Source: Mantamonas sphyraenae STR306 (taxonomy: Eukaryota > Protista > CRuMs). Taken from it: a stretch of 64,000 bases of DNA. The DNA is taken from contig JAPMXV010000037.1 of NCBI GenBank assembly GCA_026936335.1, positions 62,001 to 126,000 of the forward strand, in the 5' to 3' direction. Each line of letters begins with the position of its first letter. The first letter of the stretch is position 1. The position numbers and the translations under genes are program-made. Below the pieces are notes generated by a model. The model saw only the letters and a list, made by a program, of their open reading frames with translations, was not told the origin of the DNA and did not search any database. Positions 1 through 14,505 of the stretch are shown here, one piece after another.

Positions 1-927
1 CGAGGTCGAATGGGGTCGAACGGGTAGGATTCAGATGTCACGCGAGGTTGCTAGAGATGCGTACGACGTCTGTTCTCTCTCTGGGGACAGCGGGTGGTGC
101 TCAGACCAATCGGGAATCGATTTGGGGGGGTGCTTTTCGCAGGTGTGGGCGGATGGAAAGAGCGCAAGGGATGCGTTTTTTTCCGGGGCCAAGGTGCGGG
201 TTTTCCTCCGACGAAATAGGCGCTTGAGCGTTTCAAATGCGTACTCCAATCGGAAAGCGTTGCTTGCTGGCTGTCTGTCGGGCGCACAAAGACGATCTCA
301 CAATCAAGTGGCTTCGGTGTGCGGCTGCAGAAAGCGTGGGAACTACTGGATGCGTTTCTGCAAGAAACGGAAAAGATGCACACAGTGCACGCACGCACGT
401 GTCAGTCCATTCTGCTCCGTCAAACACAGCCCACCTTCTTTGCTACTGTGCTATGCATGCTGCACGCGTGCGCATGTCTATGCTGCACCCTCCAAACGCC
501 GTGCGCTGGCGTCTGCTCGCTCCATGTACGTACCTTTTTTTCGCGTTGCGAGGTTTGGTCGTGTTTCCTTTCGTACACAAAAACGGGTTGATGTTCTGAT
601 AGGCGGCAAGCGGGGCTATGAGAACAGTTGTTGTGGTACGGTGTCAAAGAAAACTCAGAAACGGCAGTAGACGATTCTCGGTGTAGTTTGGTCTGGGTCG
701 TCTCCGCTCGCGCATCCGCATCCGCACCCGTTTGATGGCCCAGTCACCGTCACTGCCGCACCATTCCAGACAAGACGATACCCTTGCTGTACACCTGCAA
801 CTGCCAGCTCCGAAACGCCTCTCGTCCACCCGTCCTGCAACAAGGCCTCTCCGTTCCGAAAGCGCCCCCGCGTCCAGACCATCATCAGCAGCACACACTC
901 CACACACTTTGTTCACACCCGTCTCGC

Positions 928-2718
928 ATGCTCGACACGGACGTCCTTCTGGACGTGGCCCTCACACTCTGTACCCAGGCCGTCTTCTTTGGCTTTGCTC
1001 TTTGGTTCTTTCGCCGGGTCCTCTTTAAAGATTACGAGGTACACTGCGCCATGGCCATCCTGTTCGCACACCACACTGCATTCCCACCATTTCAACGCCC
1101 GTTCTCTTCCCCTTTTCGCCCTTTGGTCTCTCCCCGCCCCTCACACATCCCCCGTAACCTTTCCCGCCTCCCCGGTTTCCCCAACACACACACATCTCAC
1201 AACAGGTCAACAATCCGCTCGTGCAATTCCTCTTTGCAATTGTGTTTTCTGTCTCTGTGGGCATGTTTGAGCTCATTATCTTTGAGATCCTCGGCATTTT
1301 CTCCTCGCAGTCAGTTACCTCGTCCACCACGCTGTGACGTGGCACCAACTCCCTCCACACCTTCCCCTTACCCGTGCATACCGTCGCCACCCGTGACCAC
1401 TGCTAACATCATCCACACACACCGCATACCACTCACTTAGGTCTCGCCAGCTCCTGTGGGACATCAACCTTGGGCTCATGCTCCTCCAAGTCCTCCTCCT
1501 CCTCCCGTTCTACATCTTCTTCCTCTTTCTCACCAGCAAGGGCTGGCGCAAGCGCACCTCTCTCCTCTGCTCCCTGCTGTTTGAAGCTTTCTTCCTCTAT
1601 CTCTTTGAAAAGGTGGCCGATCCCTTCCCCATCATGGCTGAGGAGCGCGCAGACTTTATGACGCGTGGCCTCGGCCGTGTAGGCGTCATCGGCGTCACCA
1701 CCATGGCTGTTCTCTCCGGGTACGGTGCAGTCACCTCTCCCTATCGCTATCTCTCCTATTTCCTGCGCGAAATCAAAGACGAGGACGTGCTCGCCATCCA
1801 GAACCGCATTGGCTACGCCGCTGACCGCATCTGCACAAAGAAGAAGCGCATGGTGGTAAGTTGGAGCAACAGGAAGCCATGTGGTCCCCATTCCTTCCCC
1901 CTCAAAGCTCACGTGTGGCCCCCCGTTTGCAGTTCCTCCGCCACCAGCTCTCTGAGCGCGGCTCCTCCGCCATGGGCAAGACGCAGAATTGGAGCGTGCG
2001 TGGCTGGCTTTCCTCCATGTCCAACATGGCAGGGGACGACCGCAACAGCACACAGGCCCAGATAGACAAGCTGAACAAGGAGACGCGCGAGCTGGAGGAG
2101 ATCACCCAGTCTCTCTTTGTCGACCTGCGAGATATGCAGCAGGAGCAAGCACGCATCCGCTTCTCACGCACCTGGAAGGGCCAGGTGTACGACTACCTCG
2201 GCTACTTTCTCTCCATCTACTGTGTTTACAAAATGGTCATGGCTACGATCAACATCGTCTTTGACCGCCGGGCCAAGGTTGACCCCATCACACGCTCGCT
2301 GGAACTCATGCTCCGCTTCATGCAGGTGGACATCGACGTTGCGTTCTGGTCCCAAACCATGAGCTTTGTCATGATCGGCGTCATTGTCATCTCCAGCATC
2401 CGCGGCTTCCTCAACCAGCTCATGAAGGTGTTCTACCAGATGAGCAACAATGTGTCCAGCAACACCGTCGTCCTCCTCATGGCCCAAATCATGGGCATGT
2501 ACTTTGTCTCCTCCGTCCTCCTCATGCGCATGAATCTGCCCGAGCAGTATCGCAACGTGGTGACTTCTGCCTTTGGCGCCATCAAGTTTGACTTTTATCA
2601 TCGCTGGTTCGATACCATCTTTCTCTTTGCCGCCCTTCTCTCAATAGCCTTTTACATAATCTCCTCCAAGAGCCAGAGTATATCCCAGCACAACCTAGGT
2701 GCTTTGGGGCCCTTCTGA
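928..2718 (+). CDS. GPR89: Golgi pH regulator / GPCR-type G protein (GPR89/GPHR), 4 exons
   Basis: Spliced model with introns 1039-1205, 1310-1440 and 1856-1932. Contains LFKDYEV, RVGVIGVTTMAVLSGYGAV..PY, GMYFVSSVLLMRMNLP and FYHRWFD motifs typical of GPR89. Confidence 0.93.
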
Positions 2719-2789
2719 CGTGTTCAAATGCGAATCAAGCGCCATGCCGCCCCCTCACCCAAATCCGCCACCTCAATTGTCTCATCATC

Positions 2790-3504
2790 TCATGCTTTCT
2801 TGGGCCACGCGGCCGCGCGTTCCTGGCGAAGAGGCACCAACGCCGCTGCTAGCCGTGGCCGCACAATACACCACACAAAGGCCAGTGCAGGAAGCAGCAG
2901 GCCCGCAAGCTTCAGCGCATCCAACGGGGCATTGTACACAAGTGTTTCCATCACCAGATTGAATGGCACGGAGCGGGCAGCCACCTTGGCGTCCACGGCC
3001 CGGCCATCAAAGCTGGCCCTCACTTCCAGGACGTACACCCGCTGTGAATTGACCTGCAGCTGCATAAACGGCAGCTCTCCATGCTCATTGCTCTGAAACA
3101 TGATCTTCTCGATGTTCAGCAGCCTGCGCCGCCGAGGTTGCTGTATGTGGTCGCGTGCGTCCAGTCCGTCCACAAAGGTGAGGGTAAACTGAGCTGGGAA
3201 CTGTTCGTCAAGTGCAACCGTGTGAGCACCACTCCGACGGTTCAATCCCCATGCCTCCTGCTGGCCCGTAGTCTGTCACACCTACCACCGCTGGGTACGA
3301 CACCCGGATCTCGTAGAAGCTGTTGGGGCGCACGGCTGAGCTCGGTACACCAAAGAGCAGCCGACTGCGGCTATTTACATGAGTGGGAGTGATGTGCAGG
3401 TTGTCAATGGGTTCGTCCGGCTGCAATGTGCGCAATTGTGTGGAGCCCAAGGTGCACCCAACGAGCAGTAGCAAGCACAGGAGCCGTGGCGCCGTCGTCG
3501 TCAT
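2790..3504 (-). CDS. Type I membrane protein, possibly Pga1-like (YEIRVSYPA/RRLLNIEK family)
   Basis: Signal peptide MTTTAPRLLCLLLLVGC. An intron at about 3201-3285 joins YEIRVSYPAV to FPAQFTL. C-terminal TM helix. Family call is from memory of the motif. Confidence 0.55.
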
Positions 3505-3587
3505 CCGTGCTTTGCTGCGCTTGCGCATACGCACCCAGAGTGTGTGAGAGTGTTCCCACCTGCTCCAGTTCCACCTTGCTTCCACAA

Positions 3588-4868
3588 ATGAGCAACTCCA
3601 CTCGTGTGCTCTTCATTTCCATGGAGTCCATGGGTGAGCCCGTCTTCTCGGGCAACGGGACCCTGTCCCGCACCATTGTCTCCGTCCTCCACGCCTCCGA
3701 CGTGCCCGTGTTTGTGTATTGTGGCACACATGCACCAGACGACTCCAACGAAGCAGGGGCTGCGGTGGACGTGCGTTCTGTGGACGATAACCTCACTGTT
3801 GCCCAATGCGCGCTTGACGTGTGGTTCAAGCACGACCGCGACGCCGCCTGGGAGGCCTTTGCAGAGGGCATCGAAGCCTGTGCGCAGGCCATTGCCTCGT
3901 TTGAGCCGCTCATGGTTGTGGGCGTTGATTGGACGAGTGTCAGTGCATGGCAACACCTGCAGAACGCCATGAATCTTGACCTGCCCTTTGTGTACATGCC
4001 TTTCCGCATGCAGTATGCCACACAGGACAAACACGACACAGGAACAAGTATTGACGACGACGCAGATGACACCGCACGAGCGCTGGTCGACTTTTACGCA
4101 GCGTTGGAGCTCCAGGCATGTCAGCTGGCCTCACGCGTGATCACCCTGTGTCAAGTGGACAAAGACAGCGTGCAAAGGCTGATGGAGCGGGACAGTGAGC
4201 TGCAACAACATCCTCCGCCTGTCTCTGTGGTGTATCCTCCTCTTCGAAAGGCAATCACGGATCACGCGCATCAGAAGGCGGACCTGCACAGCAGCGAAAC
4301 ACCCACACGCACATACATCACCTGCTGCTCGCGCATCTGTGGAGAGAAGAACACCATGCTCTTTGTGGATGTGTTGGAACATCTGGTGGACGATCTGGCA
4401 GAGCTGGGCCTGGTGCCGTTGCTTTGTGGAGCCGAGGTGGACACAACCTACTCGGCCCGTCTCAAGAAACGCCTGCGCGCCCTATACCCAGACGCACGCA
4501 TCATTGACGACTTTCTCGACGCCCAGCAGCTGGGCGATGTGTTTGCAGCCACATGGCTCAACTTCCATCCCAGTTTGTACGAGGCGTACGGCCTCACCAT
4601 CGCCGAAGCCGGCGCGTTTGGCGCAGCCACAATCATGCACAACCAGCACATCGGCGTGGCCGAGTTTCTGCACAAGAGTGACACTCAGGCCGTGTTTGAG
4701 GTGGACATGACAAGTGGTGCTGAAAAAGTGGCAGAGGTTGTGCGAGAGCTGCTGCACGACTCAGCGTCGTTGTGTTCACAAGTGGCCCTCGCGGCACAGG
4801 AAACATGTCTGGGGTGGGACGAAACAAAGTATGGGGAGGCTGTGTTGCTGGCAATGAACGACGGTTGA
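3588..4868 (+). CDS. GT-B retaining glycosyltransferase (GT4 / Glycos_transf_1), intronless
   Basis: SGNG N-terminal loop, SRICGEKN, and HPSLYEAYGLTIAEA (E-x7-E motif). ATG at 3588. Confidence 0.85.
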   Translation: MSNSTRVLFISMESMGEPVFSGNGTLSRTIVSVLHASDVPVFVYCGTHAPDDSNEAGAAVDVRSVDDNLTVAQCALDVWFKHDRDAAWEAFAEGIEACAQAIASFEPLMVVGVDWTSVSAWQHLQNAMNLDLPFVYMPFRMQYATQDKHDTGTSIDDDADDTARALVDFYAALELQACQLASRVITLCQVDKDSVQRLMERDSELQQHPPPVSVVYPPLRKAITDHAHQKADLHSSETPTRTYITCCSRICGEKNTMLFVDVLEHLVDDLAELGLVPLLCGAEVDTTYSARLKKRLRALYPDARIIDDFLDAQQLGDVFAATWLNFHPSLYEAYGLTIAEAGAFGAATIMHNQHIGVAEFLHKSDTQAVFEVDMTSGAEKVAEVVRELLHDSASLCSQVALAAQETCLGWDETKYGEAVLLAMNDG

Positions 4869-4903
4869 CACGCGTGCGAGCATGCAACTCGATCCCATTG
4901 CCC

Positions 4904-5093
4904 ATGTTCAAGTCTGCCGAATTGCGGCCAGCCTTGAACAAGCAAGGATCTTCATCATCATTGGTGGTCGACGCTGCCTCAGAGGATGGTGATAGTGCCG
5001 TTGCCGCCGCCACATCCTCATCCAACTCCTCCTCGACGGCAACTGCCTCCTCTGCCTCCTCCTCTTCCTCCTCCTCCTCCTCCTCCTCATCCA

Positions 5094-5125
<32 letters not shown>

Positions 5126-6450
5126 TCGTCGTCTTCTATGGCCAGGGGGGCTATGGGGGACGCAGGTGCGGCCACGGCGGGTCAGGGGCCCAGCGTGCAG
5201 CTTGCCGAGCTGACCGAGCCGTCCAAGGCCGAAATCAGCATACGGGTGGTGTACAAAAACAAGCGCTTCGAGAGCACATTCAACCCCACGTGCTTCAAAG
5301 TCGACGAGCTGCTCGCCGAGTATCCGGGCGAACGCATCCACACTGAGCTGGTCATGCTCAAGGGATTCCAATCGACGTGTGCGTGGCCAGCCGCCCCTTG
5401 CCAAAATCGCAGCAAGGCCATGCCTCTTTGCTGTTCCCCGCCGCTCCCACCGCTGACACATTCCCACCCGCACGCCCCGTCGCCCGAACCCCACACTCAG
5501 CCGGAAAGGTGTTGGAGCCTGGGCGTGGCTACCACGTCGAAAAGACTCAGGCATACAAGAGTACGTGCGATTTGGAGACTTCTGCCCTCTCGGGGATCTG
5601 GCCCGACTTTTCGCTGACACCTGCTCCTCGTCGCTCTCACGTTGGACCTTGCATGCTCCGTTTGCGTACCACGCGTGTATTGTACCACTGCCGTGCCACG
5701 ATCTGGCACTGCGTAGTGTACGAGTGCTACGTCAAGTCCCAGGACAAGCAAGGAGCAGGCCGCCCTGTGGCCCAGCAGGACAAGCTGATGGAGGTGCCCA
5801 AACAGTACGAAAAGGTTGTGGAGGACGGCACCTTTTCCATCAACGGCCTCGTGCCCAACCAGGAGTACACGCTGATGATCACAGAGAATCTCGAGGGCAA
5901 GGACTTTGTCTCGCAGATGACAGCAGAGCAGGTGGCCGAGGTTCGCAAGTCCTTTGACGTGTTGGACAAGAACGGCAACGGCCTGCTCACTGTCGATGAG
6001 ATCGACGAGCATTTCGCGCGTCTGCTGGTGAGTGCGAGCTGGCGGTGGTGTGCCGACAAACCGTCCACCCCCACCCCCTCCTTGTTCGCAAACCCCCGAC
6101 CACTCACTCGTTCACTGTCCACACATCCTATGCAGAATGACGAAAAGGAAAATGTGCGTCGCGAGCACGCTGCTCTGTTGGAAGACATGCGGCGCAACAA
6201 CCTTGAGCTGGGTCTTGGCGAGCTTCCCAGCGCATTTGTGGAGGAGCAAATGCAGCTGTTGCAGGAGAATCTGGACGCTGTGGCAAAGTCCTTTGACAAG
6301 AAGTGGGCTGTACGCAAGCGCGTGTTTCGTGAGCAGATCATCAGTGCCGACCTCAACGACGACGGCATCGTCACTTGGGAAGAGTGGCTGCGCGTGCACA
6401 GCTTTGACTATGTGTGGGACATGCGATACATCGAGGATCTGTTCGGATAG
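4904..6450 (+). CDS. EF-hand Ca2+-binding protein with poly-Ser N-terminus and FN3-like segment, multi-exon
   Basis: EF loops DKNGNGLLTVDE and DLNDDGIVTWEE. INGLVPNQEYTL resembles an FN3 strand. Introns at about 5379-5500, 5561-5716 and 6028-6135. Start codon uncertain. Confidence 0.7.
5057..5137 (+). repeat. (TCC)n/(TCG)n trinucleotide tract encoding poly-Ser
   Basis: Read directly from the sequence. Confidence 0.9.
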
Positions 6451-6484
6451 GGTGTTCATTTTGCGCGCAATGAACCCACATGTC

Positions 6485-7575
6485 TCACGCCGCCAAAAAC
6501 TCGCCCATCACTTGGTCAAACATCTCCTCGCTCAGGCCATCCATGCTCATGGCCACGTAGCGCGTAAATTCAAACAGATCGATGCTGCCATCGCCACTCA
6601 CGTCCTGTGGTCCGGTGTCCGGGACGTGTCAGAGCAACGATCCGCGTCTCCCATGGCCATGCCATCCCTCTTCTCCTCTGGCCTCGCACACAACCTACCA
6701 GCGCCTTGAGCGACTCCTGAACCTCTTCTTCCGACGGTTTCTCGCCGGTCATACGCTGTGTGGCCCGTGTGAGTACTCGCGGTGCGGTTCATGCCACCAG
6801 TGTGGCTTCTCCGTCCTGGCCCCGTGTTCCAACGTACCTCCAGGAGCAGCACCATCTCCGAGGCGTCGATGTCACCGCTGTCGTTGGTGTCAAACTTGGC
6901 AAACACCTTGCTGATGGTCGATTTTTGCTGCAGCGACAGGTTCTCGATCTTGTCGCTTTGCTTCAGGATTTCCTTGACGTACATGTCAAAATAGTTGTCC
7001 TTCATCGGGTCGCAGATGGCCAGCATAAACTGCCCAAACTCTTGTTCGTCCACCTGGAGCATGCCGCGACGCCAGGCCGGAAAAGGACGTTCACGGAGCA
7101 CAAACCCAACCCGCGGCGACACACGTGCCCCAACAGCCCCAAGAGAGAGAGAATGTGTGTGCAAACGACGCGGGTCCATGATACGATTTCCGGGTCAGTC
7201 TTGTGCACCTGCTAGTGTGCTGCTGGTGTATCGCTGCAGGCGCGGGTGACACGAAAGAGGGAAAACCCTTTGTGACACCACCGAGCAGCACATGCGGCCC
7301 ACAGCCTTGCGTGCTTCCCTCAAACCTACCACGCCGTTGTCATTGGTGTCCAGGTTGGCCCAGATATCGTCCAGCTCCTGCTGAGTGTATGCGCCATCAG
7401 CCGGCAGCAGCTTGTGAATGAGCAGCGGCAGTTCCGACCGCTCAATCGTTCCGCTGCCGTCCATGTCGTACGTGACAAACACCTGCTTCAGCTTCTGCAG
7501 TCGATATTCATTCCTTGGGTTGTCGTACAGTCCCTCACTACCCAGGTCACTGCTCTGCAGAGATTTCTCGCTCAT
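6485..7575 (-). CDS. Four-EF-hand calmodulin-like protein, 4 exons
   Basis: Loops DMDGSGTIERSE, DTNDNGV|VDEQE (completed across intron ~7055-7329), DTNDSGDIDASE and DVSGDGSIDLFE. Ends GEFLAA*. Confidence 0.85.
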
Positions 7576-7614
7576 GCTTGTGGTCTTGCTTTGCCACAAC
7601 ACGCGCACAAGGTC

Positions 7615-8760
7615 TCAATCGTTCTCGTCCACCGCACTCGTCACTGTCAACTCTTCGTCCGACGACGTTTCACCTTCCTCGTCCTCTTTCATCATGTTGC
7701 TGATACACATGCGGTCGTGGCCGCCCAGTTTTTCCGCCTCGACCATTGCTCCGTCCTCCGATCCACGTGTCTTGTCCCTCGTCTGCATCTTTTCGCCTCC
7801 CACCGAATACCATGTCACTTTGGCTGTCCGCCTCTCTCCTGTGCGGTGCTTGAAACACAGGCACTGGTCGTACGGGGGCGAGTAGATGTGCAGCGACACA
7901 GCTGGCGTTTGCGGGCATCGGTTGTAGATGCAGTGCAGTCCAATGTCGTCTGTACTCCACCACGTATATAGGGTATAGCAACCCACATGCAGCCGTGTCA
8001 GCATCCCAATCCTCCTCTGGGTCGCTGCTTGCGCGCTTCGTTGGATTTTCACTCATTCCCGAATTTTCCACCGGGCGTTTTTAAGGGCAAAAATTTTCTG
8101 AAAGGCGGAAACTCACCGCTGATGTAGGTTGTGTCTTCAGTCTGCAGTGTGTTCTCCTGCATGCATTCCATCTTTTCCCCTTCTTTGCAGTCGATAGGAT
8201 ACTGCTCCTCCACGAGCGTGCCTGTGGTTCGTGTGTGAGGTCGGTGAACACCCCCTTCTTTTCCCCTGTCGACGTGGTCCCGCGCCAAAACGCTCGGTCC
8301 GCCGTCCTCCGGACACACCCTCGTTTGTCCTCTCGCTCTTACGCCTCCCACATCCCCGCCATCCCCAGTACCTACCTTGCAACACCTTCATGAAGCAATG
8401 TGCACCCGCGTGGTCGTGGATGGGCGACCGTACGCCCGGTCCCCACACAAGCACGATCATGTTGAAGTCGTCCGTGCCGCACACCAGGTTCCGTGTGTAC
8501 CTGTCCGACTCCAGGTATGCATACTTGCCCCACTCTTCCGGGTCGTTCTCATACCTGTCCCGCAGCACTCTTCTTGGTCAGCTTCGCCCTCATTTGCACG
8601 CCGTTGCCACCTTGTCTGAAATGCGGGAATTTTCCTCTTTCCACAGCTCGCCATCCCCCCCTTCCACCTACCCGGCCACCAGTGCTTTGGCTTCCTCAAT
8701 GTTGAATTTCTCGCTGTTGATATGATCCGTAAGCGCGTTTGCAAGTGTTTCAAAGTTCAT
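7615..8760 (-). CDS. CDO1: Cysteine dioxygenase type 1, 4 exons
   Basis: YTRNLV, SPIHDHAGAHCFMKVLQG, GLHCIYN and SLHIYSPPY joined by three GT-AG introns. Starts MNFETLAN; acidic C-terminal tail. Confidence 0.92.
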
Positions 8761-8835
8761 CAAGGTTGGTCTTGTCGTTGGTTGCAGCAGCGCATCGTCC
8801 GCCGGGCAAACCAAATTCGACTCGCCTACCGGCTC

Positions 8836-9550
8836 ATGAGCTCAGCCGACAAGGAGGCATTGGCCCAGCAGCGCTGGAAGGACTATCTTGCTGAGATGGT
8901 CCGCGTCCGCGAACAGTTCCGCGGTGTCAAAAAGCCAGAAGGTGCGGAGTTTGCGCAGAACGACACCCAAACTCTGCTTTCCTCGCGCCCCTTCTCTCCG
9001 TCCCCTTCCCAGTGTCGCATCCCGCACACAGTGTCCATAGTGCTCACACAACACATCGGATGTGGCGTTCCACCCCCACTGGCTGCTCGTCCCAAATCCT
9101 GCAGCCGTCGAAGACTACAGGCTTCGCTTCGTCACGGGCAACAAGTTGACCGCAGGCACAAACGCACAGGTCCACTGTACCCTTGTGGGTACCGATTACA
9201 TCACAGGCGACATTGTTATTGATGGCGACGGCACGTTTGGTCGAGACTCGGAGGATGTGTTTGAGTGCAGCGACATCGACGTGGGTGACATCACCGCCCT
9301 CTCCATTGGTCACAGCAACACCTCTCTGTTTCCCAGCTGGTACCTAGAGACGGTGCATGTTACAAAGGTCAACCAGGGTGTCACCTACGACTTTTCCTTC
9401 CATTGCTGGCTCAGCAGGGACAAGGAAGACTGCGCCATCTTCTACCTGCGCAAGCCAGACAACAACCCTCGCGACGACGACGACGACGGCAACGACGGCG
9501 ACAACACCGAGGAGGAAGCCAACAAAGAGGTGGAATTGGGCTCTCTGTGA
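8836..9550 (+). CDS. Small PLAT/LH2 domain protein, 2 exons
   Basis: YRLRFVTGNKLTAGTNAQV..G, FGRDSEDVF, DVGDITALSIGH, WYLETVHV and FHCWL. Intron about 8942-9104. Confidence 0.85.
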
Positions 9551-9571
9551 CACGCAGTGGCGTCGCACAAA

Positions 9572-10177
9572 TCAACTGGTTTTGTCTGTGTCCTGCCCCA
9601 CTTCAACTTCCGCTTCTTCCACCTCCACCTCCACCTCCTTTCCCTCTTTGGATGTCTCTCCCACAAACGGCAACACCAGCTCCGCAATTGCCTCGTACTC
9701 TGCTTGCCCTGCACATATGTCCAGCACCGTGCGGCCCTTGACGTCGGTTGCGTTTGCGTCCGCCCCAGCGTCCAGCAGCTGTGCAACCACATCTACGTGT
9801 CCTCGTCCCGCTGCCTTGTGCAGAGCCGTCAATCCATCTCCATCTTGAAGCACAGTCGACGCACCTGCCTTGAGCAACACCCCAACCACCTCAGTATGGC
9901 CCATGTACGCTGCGCGGTGCAGAGCCGTCGCCCCACCGTTTGTCTGTGCGTCGACACTGGCCCCATTCCACACCAGAAACCGCACCACATCCAAGTGTCC
10001 CGAACGTGCGGCATAGTGCAGCGGAGCATAGCCGTGCTCGTCCTGGACGCTCGTACGCGACGGAACCTTCTCCACAAGCTGCCGCACACGATCCAGTCTC
10101 CCGTTCATGGCTGCATTCCACACAGCAGACTCTGGACCCGGTTCCAACCCGTGCGAATGGTCGTGCTGGTGGCTCAT
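9572..10177 (-). CDS. Ankyrin repeat protein (ANKRD39-like)
   Basis: Ankyrin repeats GYAPLHYAARSGH, GATALHRAAYMGH and GLTALHKAAGRGH; acidic tail. Confidence 0.9.
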   Translation of the reverse strand: MSHQHDHSHGLEPGPESAVWNAAMNGRLDRVRQLVEKVPSRTSVQDEHGYAPLHYAARSGHLDVVRFLVWNGASVDAQTNGGATALHRAAYMGHTEVVGVLLKAGASTVLQDGDGLTALHKAAGRGHVDVVAQLLDAGADANATDVKGRTVLDICAGQAEYEAIAELVLPFVGETSKEGKEVEVEVEEAEVEVGQDTDKTS

Positions 10178-10654
10178 TCTCCTTGGTTGCCTCTGCGCAG
10201 GTACGCCAGCACGTCCATTGCTCGCTGCGGCGTGGGATCCTCTCCAATCAGCTCCAACAGCTCCAACCGTTGCATCGGACGCAACCCACGCCGTTTCTCA
10301 CGCTGGCTCAGCGCAACCACGTTCCCTGTCTTCTGTGTAAGCCGTCCGCGTACCGTGTGTCTCAACGCAGCATTCCACCCCTCAGCCGTCCTTACCAAGA
10401 AGTGACTTTGCACGATTCATCTCTGTCTCCTTCACAGGCACCATTGCTGGCGCTGCCGCCTCCTCCAACTCGTTGTCCGCAGCAGCCGGCCATTTGGGCC
10501 GTCCGCCAGCCGCAGCTATGGCCTCCCTCCGCTTTGCCAGCTTCTCCTCGAGCCGCGCTTGACGACGTTCTCTTCCCATGCGCTTCAGTCTAAGTTGCTG
10601 AACATTGCGTCGCGACAAGTCTCTACGAGCTTGCTTCTTGCGCTTGCTTGCCAT
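10174..10654 (-). CDS. Small basic hypothetical protein, 2 exons
   Basis: Lys/Arg-rich exon MASKRKKQARR. Donor GTAAGG at ~10395 and acceptor ACAG at ~10326 join it in frame to GNVVALSQREKRR...NQGE*. Confidence 0.6.
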
Positions 10655-11011
10655 CCCTGCCACGCGATCCAGAACAGACACTTCCACAACAACTGTCGTG
10701 CGCCTCATTCCCTCCACAAGCACAGCCAGACCCACTTTCCTTCCAGTGTCCACTGCACTGCCCCACCGTTTCCACATTGTTCTTGTCCTCCAAGATCGTT
10801 TGGATTCAACTTCGCAACCGCTTCATCCAACAATCACCCCACCATGATCATCATCATCGTCATCATCATCATCATCATCAACACGTGACGTTCATCCAAT
10901 AATTCGTCCATTTCGTTCCCTTCCATGCTGTACATCAATCATCCCCGTTGTCTCCCCCTTGTCCTTCGCCGTTGCCATCCTGCTCGTCCCCTCACGCATC
11001 CGCCTCGCTCT

Positions 11012-12256
<1,245 letters not shown>

Positions 12257-13044
12257 TCACCTGCCTTCCCGGCCTTCCCACACATTCGGGGCCACAAACG
12301 CGGTGGGGGGAATCCTTCCTCGGCCTTCTGCTGTGTCCTTCCTGGTCCAGAAGTGTCCTTCCTTGACCTTCCTCGTGGCTTGGGGGCACTGATCAGTGTG
12401 CGTTCACAAACCCACTGGTGCGAATGGGGACTCACATACCATTTTACCGTTGGTCCCATTCACGCACAACGATGATGCAAAGCCATTGTTGTTCTCACAC
12501 GTTGCCCTGTGTTTTGTGTTGGGTACGTTGAAACGGGACATGGTGGAGTCTAGTGTTCGGATCAAACGACTCTTGCACCGCCATGGCAGGAGCAAGGGGT
12601 CCTCCCTGCCATGTGGTAGGAGTAGCTACATCACACGAAAGTAGGCTCGGTGGGGACCATCATGGCGTGGTGCAAGTGCTGCTTGCAGATGGAGGGGAAG
12701 TGACTAGTGGATTGCCAAGTGGGCACCCGATCGCTTCAACCATATGTGCTTGCTCTCTTACGCGACCAGATGGGTGTCTTGTGTGAGCTGTGGAAGTTCG
12801 TGCTCACATCAGGTCAGGTGTTGATACTCTGCAACCACCCACAGAAACAACCGCTTCATCCAACAACCACCCATCCATGATCATGATCATCATCGTCATC
12901 GTCATCATCTTCAACACGTGACGTTCATCCAATAATTCGTCCATTTCGTTCCCTTCCATGCTGTACATCAATCATCCCCGTTGTCTCCCCCTTGTCCTTC
13001 GCCGTTGCCATCCTGCTCGTCCCCTCACGCATCCGCCTCGCTCT

Positions 13045-14289
<1,245 letters not shown>

Positions 14290-14505
14290 TCACCTGCCTT
14301 CCCGGCCTTCCCACACATTCGGGGCCACAAACGCGGTGGGGGGAATCCTTCCTCGGCCTTCTCCGTGTCCTTTCGCGTCCCCCAAGGCAAGTTTGCAGTG
14401 ACGTTCGTGTCGCCGTGGTTGCCTGTGGCCCCTGAGGAAGGCGCACAATGGCTGCACAAAAATGGACGCCTTCGTTGTTCCCGTTGTTCTCGCTCCAGCA
14501 GCTCG

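Noticed and set aside
1-927. Short ORFs on both strands upstream of GPR89
   Set aside because: No recognisable motifs or consistent splice model; likely intergenic/UTR or part of a gene outside the window.
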